From Smithellaceae bacterium (GTDB lineage: Bacteria; Desulfobacterota; Syntrophia; Syntrophales; Smithellaceae), in NCBI GenBank assembly GCA_963667845.2, contig CAXXVL010000001.1, positions 579,761 through 643,760 of the forward strand: a stretch of 64,000 bases of DNA, in the 5' to 3' direction. Numbering within the stretch: position 1 is the stretch's first letter; the number at the start of each line of letters is the position of its first letter. Position numbers and translations under genes: made by a program. Positions 1 to 9,256 of the stretch are shown in pieces. The notes under the pieces are model-generated. The model was not told the DNA's origin and searched no databases. It was given only the letters and a program-made list of their open reading frames with translations.

Positions 1-142
1 CGTTGGTATTTCCCTTGATATTGCGTGAGCAGTACGGGTGGAAAGCAGCTCAGCAAACAGATATGCCGCACTTCTCGACTGCAGTAAACCAATGCGTACT
101 GTCTTTGGACAATCAAGGACGGCCAGGCAGATGAAGGAGCGA

Positions 143-1555
143 TTATTCCTCAGACGGGAGGGTTGCGGTGAAAACACTTCCTCCGCTCGGGCGGCTTTCC
201 ACCGTGATGTCGCCCCCGTGGGCACGGGCAATTGCGCGGGCCAGGCTCAGACCCAGGCCGGTTCCGGACTCGGAGCGGCTCCGGTCTCCCCGGTAGAAGC
301 GTTCGAAAATGCGGGGCAGATCCTCGGCGGATATCCCAACCCCCGTGTCTTTGACCGTGAGGGTGACACTCCGTCCTTCGCTCGGCGAGAGCGAGACTTC
401 CACTTGTCCCCCGGCGGAGGTATACTTGATCGCATTGTCCAGGAGATTGGAGAGCAGGCGCTGGATCATGCGGGCGTCCCCCGCGATCACGCAGCGCTCG
501 GGAACGTTGCAGGACAGGGTCAAGCCTCTGTCTTCGGCCGTCGTCCCGAAAAGCTCGCAGGCCTCCCGGACAAGGCCCGTCAGATCGATCTTTTCGCGGG
601 ACGGCTTCTCCACGCCAGCCTCCGTTTTGGAAATCATCAGCATCGTATTGATAATATCCAGGAGACGATCGCATTCCTCGATGGCGCTGGCGGCCATCGC
701 TTCAAAGTCGGCAGGCGTTTTGCCTGTGGTCAGCGCGATCTCCGCCATGCCCCGGATCCGGGCAATCGGACTCTTCAGGTCATGGGCGATGTCGTCCCCC
801 ATCTGACGGATCTCGGCGACCAGCGACCCGATGCGGTCGAGCATCTGATTGAAGGTCATTGCCAGTTGATCGATTTCGTCGCCCCGGTCTTTTACCGGGA
901 CTCTCTTTTCGAGGGTGCCTCCGGAGATACCCTGCGCGGTTTTTGTGATCGTCTCGACGCCGGAAACCGCCCGGCGGGCTATGAACCAGCCGATCCCCGT
1001 CGCCAGTCCGATGAGCAGGGCCATGGTGATGAAAAATATTTCCCGAAAGGCGTCAAAGATCCGCGTGTAGTTTTCCATGGACTGACCGACCTGCAGGATG
1101 ACCCCGGGACTGATCATGGCATAGAGAATGCGCACCTCCTCCTTGCGGGTGGTCATGATGATGGTTTCGATGACTTGTCCTGCGCCGCCTCCGAGCAATT
1201 GCCCGATGGCCTCTTTGCGGACGGCAATCTCCTTCCAGTAGGCCATGTTGGACGAGGAAAAGGCCTGGCCTGTCGGGTAAAGCAGGCGGAAAAATACCTT
1301 CTTCTCTCCGGCCGCCTGCGCTTCAAATAAGGCCAAGTTTTCAGCCGCCTCGATCCCGCGCTCCTTCAAAGCCGTTGAAAACTGCCCTGCCTGATTTATC
1401 AGATCACGGTCCGTTTTTTCCTGGATCACGGCGGTGATGAGTGCATAAAACAAAAAGAAAGCGACAAAGGAGCATACCGCGAAGGTGCCGCCGTACCAAA
1501 GGGTCAGGCGGAACGTGAGGCTATTCCTGAAGCGGCTGGGTTTCTTTAATAACAT
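143..1555 (-). CDS. Sensor histidine kinase (TM-HAMP-HisKA-HATPase_c)
   Basis: 470-aa ORF. N-terminal TM helices, H-box 'HDLKSPIARI', ATP-lid motifs 'DTGVGI' and 'GTGLGLSLA'. Its start overlaps the stop of the upstream response regulator, as in a typical two-component operon. Confidence 0.9.
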   Translation of the reverse strand: MLLKKPSRFRNSLTFRLTLWYGGTFAVCSFVAFFLFYALITAVIQEKTDRDLINQAGQFSTALKERGIEAAENLALFEAQAAGEKKVFFRLLYPTGQAFSSSNMAYWKEIAVRKEAIGQLLGGGAGQVIETIIMTTRKEEVRILYAMISPGVILQVGQSMENYTRIFDAFREIFFITMALLIGLATGIGWFIARRAVSGVETITKTAQGISGGTLEKRVPVKDRGDEIDQLAMTFNQMLDRIGSLVAEIRQMGDDIAHDLKSPIARIRGMAEIALTTGKTPADFEAMAASAIEECDRLLDIINTMLMISKTEAGVEKPSREKIDLTGLVREACELFGTTAEDRGLTLSCNVPERCVIAGDARMIQRLLSNLLDNAIKYTSAGGQVEVSLSPSEGRSVTLTVKDTGVGISAEDLPRIFERFYRGDRSRSESGTGLGLSLARAIARAHGGDITVESRPSGGSVFTATLPSEE

Positions 1556-2210
1556 ATCCTACTCCGCGCACGGTATGAATCAGTTTTTGATCGGCGTCTT
1601 TATCGACCTTGTCCCGCAACCGGCTGATTCTGGCTTCCACCACGTTGGTCTGCGGATCGAAATGATAATCCCAAACATGTTCCATGATCATCGTCTTGGA
1701 AACGATCCTTCCGGCGTTGCGCATCAGATATTCCAGCAGTGAAAACTCCCGGGGCTGCAGGTCGATGGTTTTTCCTCCCCGGGTGACTTCCCGGGTGACG
1801 AGATTGACGGACAGATCCCCGACGCTCAGGCGGATCGGATCAGAAACGCCGCCGGCCCTGCGGATCAGAGCCTGCACGCGGGCCAGAAGCTCGGAGAAGG
1901 CAAATGGTTTCGTCAGATAATCGTCTCCGCCGGTTTCCAGCCCCTTCACCCGGTCATCCACCGAACCCTTCGCGCTCAGAATCAGGACGGGGGTGTTCAC
2001 CTTTTGGGCGCGCAGCTCCCTGATCAGACTCAACCCGTCCTGCCGCGGCAGCATGAGATCGACGACGTTCGCATCGTAAGGTTCCGAAAGCGCGAGGCGG
2101 AGACCTTCTTCGCCGTCCGGGGCATGGTCCACGGCATACCCCGCCGCTTTCAACCCCTTGATAATGAAAGAGGCGATCTTGACGTCATCTTCTACAAGTA
2201 AAACTCTCAT
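1521..2210 (-). CDS. OmpR/PhoB-family response regulator
   Basis: 229 aa. Receiver domain 'MRVLLVEDD...VVDLMLP...LILSAKG'. C-terminal winged-helix 'LLEYLMRNAGRIVSK...IHTVRGVGY'. Confidence 0.92.
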   Translation of the reverse strand: MRVLLVEDDVKIASFIIKGLKAAGYAVDHAPDGEEGLRLALSEPYDANVVDLMLPRQDGLSLIRELRAQKVNTPVLILSAKGSVDDRVKGLETGGDDYLTKPFAFSELLARVQALIRRAGGVSDPIRLSVGDLSVNLVTREVTRGGKTIDLQPREFSLLEYLMRNAGRIVSKTMIMEHVWDYHFDPQTNVVEARISRLRDKVDKDADQKLIHTVRGVGYVIKETQPLQE

Positions 2211-2475
2211 CGGTATCCTCTGGGGTTGTTCATGTACCCGTTGTCCCGGCTGACCCCAATAAATTGGTTTCAGGGATAGACAACATAGGGTTTTTGCAGA
2301 CGTGTGTCAAGCTGTCCCTGATTCCGATAGAACGACAACGTTCATCCAGCGAGAATGATGGTCCGGACTCTGATCAGACCGATTCCCGATCTACCGGATG
2401 GGAGAATATTTTCCGGCTTTGGAGACCGGCTTTGGCCCGTTTCAGAAAGAAGGCCATGGCCCCCATTTGTTAATT

Positions 2476-2757
2476 CTATTTTTTGGCCAGTTGTCTTGCC
2501 CAAAGCGTCAGCCAGATGACGACAAATAGTATCATTCCGAAGCCGAGCTTGGAGGCCGCCATTGCCCACAGCCAGATCGTACGAATTTCCACCCATGTAA
2601 CGCCTTTTCCCCAGAGGAAAAGCATTGCTTCCGGCTCTCTGTTCATGATCAGTACATAAGCAAGTCCCTGGATCAACACAATACAATAGGCGATTAATAC
2701 GGTCCACCATCCGGCCGTTGCCGCAGCCCGTACTTTCTTTGCAAATATTTCATCCAT
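2476..2757 (-). CDS. Small integral membrane protein, unknown function
   Basis: 93-aa ORF with three hydrophobic, Trp-rich segments. It fills the gap between the regulator and the ATPase genes on the same strand. No recognisable motif. Confidence 0.5.
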   Translation of the reverse strand: MDEIFAKKVRAAATAGWWTVLIAYCIVLIQGLAYVLIMNREPEAMLFLWGKGVTWVEIRTIWLWAMAASKLGFGMILFVVIWLTLWARQLAKK

Positions 2758-2784
2758 ACTTATTTCCTCATTATTTTTTTATTT

Positions 2785-2886
2785 CAATTAACCACCTCGC
2801 AGCAAGCTTTTGAGGTGTGAATGAATGTCATGATAGCGCAGCAAGCTGCGGATGATTAACGCTCGTCCCAAAACGGCGGGATTAAA
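2785..2886 (-). repeat. REP/MITE-like element family 1, copy A (long form)
   Basis: The minus strand reads 'aatcccgccgttttgggacgagcgttaatcatccgcagcttgctgcgctatcatgacattcattcacacctcaaaagcttgctgcgaggtggttaa'. It aligns with the copies at 57337, 58125 and 62648. Intergenic, immediately 3' of the ATPase stop. Confidence 0.85.
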
Positions 2887-2890
2887 TCTT

Positions 2891-5449
2891 CTAACCTGTA
2901 TGATCAGGCTTAGGCTCACCAGCTTTTGCATCGTGCTTCGGTTCGGATTTCGCTTCAGTTTTAGATTTGGCTCCGACGGGATCAAAAACCCGATAGGCGA
3001 GCAACTTCACGTTGTCATTCACGAGGAACCACAGCAGCGCATAGCCCCAGACGAACCCGGCCCAACCCCAGCCCAGCGGCGTCATAAACAGTCCGTAAAC
3101 CGCGATCAACGTCGCAATGATTTGTGTGCCGAGCACCGCTATCCACAAAATCTTCGCGGGGCGTATGGACCAAAATCTCCCGCGCGTGCGCGTGAGAAAG
3201 ATCGTCAGATGTCCCGCCACGGACAGCTTCAAATACATCAGGGTTTGAATATGCGCCCGGTCGAGATGAAAGACTCGCTCACCCAGATAAAACAAGCCGA
3301 AGGCAGAGACAACGCCGATGACGCCCAGCGCCGTGGCAACGCCGAGAACCATGCGCATGTTCCAGGCTTCCGGATGATCCTTGTAATGAACATTGTCATA
3401 GGCAATGGACAGGATGGCGCCGTCATTGAGCAACGCGAGCATCACGATCATTACTGCCGTCAGGGGATAGAAATTGAAGATCAGGATCGCCAACGTCATG
3501 AAGAACAGAACGCGCAGCGTCTCGGCGATGCGGTAGATCGCATAGCTGTTCATCCGCTGGAAGATACGGCGGCTCTCCTTGATCGCGTCAATAATCACCG
3601 ACAGGCCGGGCGTCATGAGCACAATAGCGGCTGCTGCGCGCGCCGCGTCCGTCGCACCCGAAACGGCGATACCGCAGTCGGCTTTCTTCAGCGCCGGGGC
3701 GTCGTTCACCCCGTCGCCCGTCATGCCGACGATGTGGCCGAGCTTTTGCAGGACATCCACAATGTGAAACTTATGTTCAGGGAACACCTGGGCAAAACCG
3801 TCTGCCTTCTCGATGGAATCGGCCACCTCGGTAGTCTCTTGCTTTTTCGAATCGCCTAAGCCCCCGGCATCGAGGATATTTGCGCCCATGTCTAACTTTT
3901 TCGCGGTTTCCCGGGCGATGGCCAGTGCATCACCCGTAACCATCTTGACCTTTACGCCCATTGCCAGCGCGGTTGCGATGGTTGCCTTGGCGTCTTCCCG
4001 CGGCGGGTCAAACAGGGGCAACACGCCGACAAATTGCCATTGGCCTTCGCCCTCAGCCCGCGCCACTCCCAACGAGCGAAAGCCGCGCGCCGCAAAGTCG
4101 TTGACCGCCTTATCAACGGCAGACTTCACCTGACCGGTATTGACCGACAATGCCATAATCACCTGCGGGGCGCCCTTTGTCACCTTGAATGTCTTTCCGT
4201 CGCTGGCTTTGACGGTGGCTTCGGTACGCTTATGCACGGCATCGAAGGGCTGGAAATGGACCGCCTGGTAGCCTTTTAAGGCCTCTTTGTCTTTTAGTCC
4301 CCCCAGGACGGCCAGGTCAATGGTGTCGTTATTGTCCGCACGTGACGCCAGCGCAGCGTTGAGGATCACTTGATCGGCCGGAATGCCGTTCACCCCGAAC
4401 GGATCACCCAACGTCAGTTTATTCTGCGTCAGTGTGCCGGTCTTGTCCGCGCATAATACGTCCACGCCCGCCAGTTCCTCAATGGCCACCAACTTGCTTA
4501 CAATCGCCTCTTTCTTGGCGAGCAGGCGTGCGCCAACCGCCATCGTCACTGAAAGCACCGTTGGCATGGCCACGGGAATTGCGGCCACAGTCAGCACCAG
4601 GGCAAACTGCAGCGTGGTGAGGATCGCGTCGCCGCGATAGACGGCGAAACCAATAATCACCGCCACCAGCGTTACCGCCAGGATGATCAGGTAATTGCCG
4701 ATTTTCAAAACCGCCTTTTGAAAATGGCTGACCGTGTGAGCCTCCTGCACGAGCTGCGCCGTTTTGCCGAAGTAAGTGTTTGCACCCGTGGCATAGACCA
4801 GGGCGCCAATTTCACCCTGGCGGATGATTGACCCCGAGAACACCGCCTCACCCGGTTTTCGGGTGGCAGGTAATGACTCGCCCGTCAGGGCCGACTGGTC
4901 CACCTCAACCGGATCGCCATCCAGCAGACGCGCATCAGCGGGTACAATGTCGCCCAGACGCAGGCGAATGACATCGCCCGGCACCAACTCGCTGGCCTTC
5001 GGGTTGACCCATTTTCCGTCTCGTTTTACCCGGGCCTTGATCGCCAGCTTCGCCTTCAGCGCTTCAATGGCGTTGCCCGCCTGGTGTTCTTCCCAGAATC
5101 CGACCACGGCGTTGGCCAGAAGCAGAAGGAGGATGATGCCGAAGTCCGGCCAATGCCGGGCGACCGCCGAAAGAATCACGGCTGCTTCAATCATCCACGG
5201 GATGGGACCCCAAAAATAAGTGAGGAATTTCAGGAAGGGATTGGTCTTCTTTTCTGCAATCTCGTTCGGCCCATATTGAGTCAGCCGTTTCTGAGCCTCG
5301 GCTTGCGTCAGGCCGTCCGGCGACGCGCCTAACTTCTTCTCCACGTCGGCCAGGGGCAAGGTTTTCAGGTCGTCCTTCGCATCGGGTTTGGCTCCGGGCT
5401 TCGATTTGGGAGCTTTGGACTGGTCGGCATTGGATTTCATAATGGGCAT
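2891..5449 (-). CDS. P-type ATPase, type IIIA (plasma-membrane H+-efflux, PMA1-like)
   Basis: 852 aa. Motifs 'TGES', 'CADKTGTLTQNKL', 'MVTGD' and 'GMTGDGVNDAPALKKA'. N-terminal Lys/Pro-rich tail and 10 predicted TM segments. Overall layout matches the proton-efflux subgroup rather than the Kdp, Mg or heavy-metal groups. The SD 'aggagg' favours the ATG at 5440 (MKSNADQ). Confidence 0.82.
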   Translation of the reverse strand: MPIMKSNADQSKAPKSKPGAKPDAKDDLKTLPLADVEKKLGASPDGLTQAEAQKRLTQYGPNEIAEKKTNPFLKFLTYFWGPIPWMIEAAVILSAVARHWPDFGIILLLLLANAVVGFWEEHQAGNAIEALKAKLAIKARVKRDGKWVNPKASELVPGDVIRLRLGDIVPADARLLDGDPVEVDQSALTGESLPATRKPGEAVFSGSIIRQGEIGALVYATGANTYFGKTAQLVQEAHTVSHFQKAVLKIGNYLIILAVTLVAVIIGFAVYRGDAILTTLQFALVLTVAAIPVAMPTVLSVTMAVGARLLAKKEAIVSKLVAIEELAGVDVLCADKTGTLTQNKLTLGDPFGVNGIPADQVILNAALASRADNNDTIDLAVLGGLKDKEALKGYQAVHFQPFDAVHKRTEATVKASDGKTFKVTKGAPQVIMALSVNTGQVKSAVDKAVNDFAARGFRSLGVARAEGEGQWQFVGVLPLFDPPREDAKATIATALAMGVKVKMVTGDALAIARETAKKLDMGANILDAGGLGDSKKQETTEVADSIEKADGFAQVFPEHKFHIVDVLQKLGHIVGMTGDGVNDAPALKKADCGIAVSGATDAARAAAAIVLMTPGLSVIIDAIKESRRIFQRMNSYAIYRIAETLRVLFFMTLAILIFNFYPLTAVMIVMLALLNDGAILSIAYDNVHYKDHPEAWNMRMVLGVATALGVIGVVSAFGLFYLGERVFHLDRAHIQTLMYLKLSVAGHLTIFLTRTRGRFWSIRPAKILWIAVLGTQIIATLIAVYGLFMTPLGWGWAGFVWGYALLWFLVNDNVKLLAYRVFDPVGAKSKTEAKSEPKHDAKAGEPKPDHTG

Positions 5450-5476
5450 TCCTCCTGTCCTTGATTTACCGTCCGA

Positions 5477-7093
5477 CTATCCCACAGGGGCATGTTCATC
5501 GGTGTGTCCGGGGGGCGGTTCTTCTTCGGCGGATGAATCGGTTTTTGCTGTTTCGAGATGCAGCAACCGGGCATCGATATCCGCGAGTAACTTCTCGTGG
5601 ACCGCCTGACTGAGAAGTCCGCGGTGAAAGGCATCGATTACCGTGTTCTTTTCCACCAACAACAGGTGTCGCCGAGTGCGTTGTAATTCCTCGGCGTGAA
5701 GCTGTTGGTTATCGATATGCAGCTCAGCGAGCGCCGCACTGCTGCGCTCGACCTTCTGTTCATATTCTCGGCGCAGGTCGGATAGCACCTCCGGCTGGGT
5801 GAAGTGAACGTGTGACATTTGGTCGATCTCGTTCAGTGCGGCATGGGTTGCCTGCAACCCCCCGCGTGTCAACTCATATGCGGCAAGTTCGTCGTGTCCG
5901 CGCACAATGCCCAGCCACCTCAGCAGGGGGGACATCGTCAATCCGTGGACAAGTATTGAAAGAATGACCACCCCGAAGGTCATCGAGACCAGCAATTCCC
6001 GATGCGGGAAATCCTTTGGGAGACTGAGGACCAGCACCATGGGCAGCCCGCCGCGCAACCCGCCCCATGTCAGGATCACGCTCCATGCCCAGGGAATTCT
6101 TTCACGCGTCCGGCCGAGCAGCGAAGATGCGCCGAAGATGACCAGCGCCCTGCCTCCCGTCACCACGAGATAGGCAACCAGAATCGCCTTCCAGGAGGCC
6201 AGCAATGTCTGGAAGTGTACTTCGAGACCAATCAGCAGGAAAACAATGGAGTTGAGAGCAAAGGCGATGTATTTCCAAAACGTCTCCACGGCGATCCGGG
6301 TTGATGGCGACATGCCGACACGGGCGCCGTAGTTTCCGCAGAGCATACCCGCCGCCACGGTCGCAATCACGCCGGAGTAATGAAAATGCTCAGCAGCCAG
6401 GAAGGAACCATACGCGGCAATTGTCGTCAGTGTAATCTCGATCATCGGGTCATCGACCTGTTTGATGACTTGTGAAACGGCCAGTCCGACGCCCGTTCCA
6501 ATCAATGCACCAATGCCGACGATTCTGATAAAATCAAAAGCCAACCCGCCGGCCGTTGCCACTGTCCCGGCTACGAGCGCCAGGCTGAGCGTGAAGAAAA
6601 CGATGGCGGTGCCGTCATTAAGCAGGCTCTCGCCATCGAGCAATACGGACAGCCGCTTCGGAACGCCCAGGTTCTTGAAGATGGCGACGACGGCGATGGG
6701 ATCGGTCGCGGCAATGAGTGCGCCGAAGACCAGCGCGTGTTTCCAGGTAAACCCCTGCACAAAATGCAGCGCGTCGGCAACCGGGGTTAAAATCACGGCC
6801 GTCAGCACGATGGCTGCCGCAACGCCCGGCAGGGCCAGTGAAGAAATGATGAGGCGGTTTCGCCAGAATTGTTTAAACTCGATATGAAATGCGGCCTCGA
6901 AGAGAAGCCCCGGCAGAAAGACGCCGAATAGCAGAGCCTTGGTCAGGTGGGGTGCTTCAAAGATATTCAGCATCCCCAGCCCAAGTCCGGTGAAGACCAG
7001 AGCGACAGTGTAAGGAATGGCCAGACGTTGCACGGCGATTGCGACGGTTGTGGCCACAACGAACAGCAAAATTAAGACGGTTTCCGTATCCAT
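5477..7093 (-). CDS. Na+/H+ antiporter, CPA1 (NhaP-type) with C-terminal cytoplasmic domain
   Basis: 538 aa with a polytopic N-terminal 400 aa ('ATDPIAV', 'LLNDGTAIV' exchanger motifs) followed by a soluble helical tail. Confidence 0.85.
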   Translation of the reverse strand: MDTETVLILLFVVATTVAIAVQRLAIPYTVALVFTGLGLGMLNIFEAPHLTKALLFGVFLPGLLFEAAFHIEFKQFWRNRLIISSLALPGVAAAIVLTAVILTPVADALHFVQGFTWKHALVFGALIAATDPIAVVAIFKNLGVPKRLSVLLDGESLLNDGTAIVFFTLSLALVAGTVATAGGLAFDFIRIVGIGALIGTGVGLAVSQVIKQVDDPMIEITLTTIAAYGSFLAAEHFHYSGVIATVAAGMLCGNYGARVGMSPSTRIAVETFWKYIAFALNSIVFLLIGLEVHFQTLLASWKAILVAYLVVTGGRALVIFGASSLLGRTRERIPWAWSVILTWGGLRGGLPMVLVLSLPKDFPHRELLVSMTFGVVILSILVHGLTMSPLLRWLGIVRGHDELAAYELTRGGLQATHAALNEIDQMSHVHFTQPEVLSDLRREYEQKVERSSAALAELHIDNQQLHAEELQRTRRHLLLVEKNTVIDAFHRGLLSQAVHEKLLADIDARLLHLETAKTDSSAEEEPPPGHTDEHAPVG

Positions 7094-7143
7094 GATCAGA
7101 TCTTATCTCCATTTATTTTCGTTCTTCCTGTTTCGCTATTCAG

Positions 7144-8475
7144 TTACGTTATAACCTCACTTTCATTTTTGAGTGCTTCGCGCACCCGCTCCAGGTGGCC
7201 CTTAAACCTCATCAGGTCATACGGGGACGGGATCGTGCGTTCGGCCAATTCATCGATCCATTGCACTTGTTCGCGAATCGCCCGCCGTCGGTCCGGCCGG
7301 ACCGTCATACTGGCGATAATTTGATGCGCGCCCAGCATTCGCAATATGATGGCGACATTGCCTGTGGCGCTGCCTCGAATTTGGTCGAATGATTCAGACA
7401 GCAAGCTTTCAAAGAACGGGTTTATGGAGATCACGCGCAGTTCCCCTTCCTCGTAGCGGAGTGATGAAGGGAGTTGCCGGGGCGCCAGCTGCGCGAGAAT
7501 TGCTGTCAGATAATCCACGCACATCACGGCCGTTGTGGTATCGTTGACGCCGGGGGAGAGTGCTTTTAACGCCATATCCACGATTTGCCTGATGCCAAAG
7601 GCCGCGTCCTGATCCACCGTACGGTAGCTGCTGATGCTGAATGTCGCCTGCAGAGCGGCAATAGTCTCTTGATCCGGTGGATCTTCAAGGGCGAGTGAGG
7701 CCAGTGGGGTGTTCCGGACAACGAAATCACCGATGCCGTGCTCTATCCTCACGATGGTTTTCCTGTCCCGTGCCAGGCGCAGGAGCGCTGCGTTATTAAC
7801 GTTCTGGATATAACCGCTTTTGGAGGCCGGGACGGCACGCCAATTCTGCCGGAATAGAGGGATCAGCGCCTGGTCATCATCATCTTCGCCGGGCCCTTGG
7901 CCAATTTTTTCCGGAAACAACCGGTCAATGACAGCAATGGTTTCTTCAGCAACCGGGGAGATAATGCTGGAAGCCTGGATCGAAGAAGCGATGTGATGAA
8001 TGAATAACATGAGGGCGCCGACACCTCCCAGCGCCAGCACGAAGCCGAAGAACACCGCCAAGTTTGGAACAAATGCACCCTCGTCGCCGCTGCGAATGGT
8101 GCGCAATACGATCAGACAATACGTGAAAATACCGGCGAAGATTCCAAGCACGGCCTGCGTGATGCGGTTCCGCATGAAATTCCGCAGAATGCGCGAGGTG
8201 TATTGACTCGAAGCCAGCGACAGCACTACCAGGATCATGGAGAACGTGACGCCCACCACGGTGATCATCGAACCGGCAATCGTGGACATCATCCCGCGGG
8301 CGCCTTCCGCTCCGGCCCCGAACAGGCGCGGCCACCGGGTCAGCCATTGGTCGCTCACGGCGGAGTCCGCTTCGATCATCGCTACCGCAAAGGCAACGCT
8401 GAGCACAACAATCAGCGAAGGCAAAAACCAAAAGCTCGAATGTACATTGTTCCAGAGTTGTTTGAATTTATTCAC
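7144..8475 (-). CDS. DUF2254-family membrane protein
   Basis: 443 aa with four N-terminal TM helices ('FWFLPSLIV...') followed by a large soluble domain. This architecture and N-terminus are typical of DUF2254. Confidence 0.7.
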   Translation of the reverse strand: MNKFKQLWNNVHSSFWFLPSLIVVLSVAFAVAMIEADSAVSDQWLTRWPRLFGAGAEGARGMMSTIAGSMITVVGVTFSMILVVLSLASSQYTSRILRNFMRNRITQAVLGIFAGIFTYCLIVLRTIRSGDEGAFVPNLAVFFGFVLALGGVGALMLFIHHIASSIQASSIISPVAEETIAVIDRLFPEKIGQGPGEDDDDQALIPLFRQNWRAVPASKSGYIQNVNNAALLRLARDRKTIVRIEHGIGDFVVRNTPLASLALEDPPDQETIAALQATFSISSYRTVDQDAAFGIRQIVDMALKALSPGVNDTTTAVMCVDYLTAILAQLAPRQLPSSLRYEEGELRVISINPFFESLLSESFDQIRGSATGNVAIILRMLGAHQIIASMTVRPDRRRAIREQVQWIDELAERTIPSPYDLMRFKGHLERVREALKNESEVIT

Positions 8476-8497
8476 AGGTGATCTCCCACTTCCAGTT

Positions 8498-8641
8498 TTA
8501 AATTTCCGGTATGTCCTTGGCCGACAATGCCAAAATAACCTGCGGTGCGCTTTTTGTCACTTTCACCTTCGCATCGGGTTTGGCTCCAGGCTTCGATTTG
8601 GGAGCTTTGGGCTGGTCGGCATTGGATTTCATCATGGGCAT
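8498..8641 (-). pseudogene. Internally deleted relic of a PMA1-like ATPase paralogue (now a 47-codon ORF)
   Basis: 8566-8652 matches 5374-5460 (ATPase RBS plus first ~25 codons) at 83 of 87 nt. 8519-8566 matches 4142-4189 (ATPase codons for 'KVTKGAPQVIMALS') at about 39 of 48 nt. Both are hand alignments. The relic translates to 'MPMMKSNADQPKAPKSKPGAKPDAKVKVTKSAPQVILALSAKDIPEI*'. Confidence 0.8.
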
Positions 8642-8732
8642 TCCTCCTGTCTTTCCTATGCCCCGCAGGTTTCGCGAGTTACGGCATGCTTATTGTCATA
8701 CCCGCGTCACTGTGCCGGTCGCGATCAAGACG

Positions 8733-9095
8733 CTAATTCTCCATCAGCCACGCCCTGGCCTCTGCGATGTCGGCGTGATCGAAATACCGGATCATCGCTT
8801 TCGTGAACGGTTTACCGAACAGCGCCATGCCTTGCTGCCACTTTTTTTCCCCGACCATCGCGATTTTTTCGATGTCGGAGAAGTGTTTGATGGCGAATTT
8901 GGTGTCTTCCCAGAGTGCGCCGGCTTCCCAACCATGGAAACCGGTCATATCGAACAGCATGCTTAGCTTTCCATGCAGCCGAACAAGTTTCTCGACCTCG
9001 GGCATAAAAAGCTCATAATCCGCCTTTACCAACTTGCCGCTGACGTGAACAACAAGCACCTTCCCGTCGTTTTCGTGAGTGAGTTCAATAGACAT
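8733..9095 (-). CDS. STAS/SpoIIAA-like domain protein (DUF3478-like)
   Basis: 120 aa. 'VLVVHVSGKLVKADYE...GKLSMLFDMTGFHGWE...IEKIAMVGEKKW' is typical of the stand-alone SpoIIAA-like family. Confidence 0.7.
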   Translation of the reverse strand: MSIELTHENDGKVLVVHVSGKLVKADYELFMPEVEKLVRLHGKLSMLFDMTGFHGWEAGALWEDTKFAIKHFSDIEKIAMVGEKKWQQGMALFGKPFTKAMIRYFDHADIAEARAWLMEN

Positions 9096-9256
9096 TACAG
9101 CCTCCTTCTCGTGATTTTATTCTTCCTGCAATAACGCCCCGGGTACGGACACCATACTCGCGCAGTGCGACACACTTACCCGGCGCCGCCTGAACCCGCG
9201 CTCAGTAGTGATGACCATACCGGACGGACGGTTGCGGTCGAAGGGTTTGTGCGGCG

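Noticed and set aside
8511-8966. Plus-strand ORFs 8511..8966, 8545..8736 and 8237..8806.
   Set aside because: They are antisense to the ATPase relic, the DUF2254 gene and the STAS gene. Their 'GLAPGFDLGALGWSALDFIMGIPPV' segment duplicates ORF 5388..5609 only because the underlying DNA is the duplicated ATPase 5' end read backwards.
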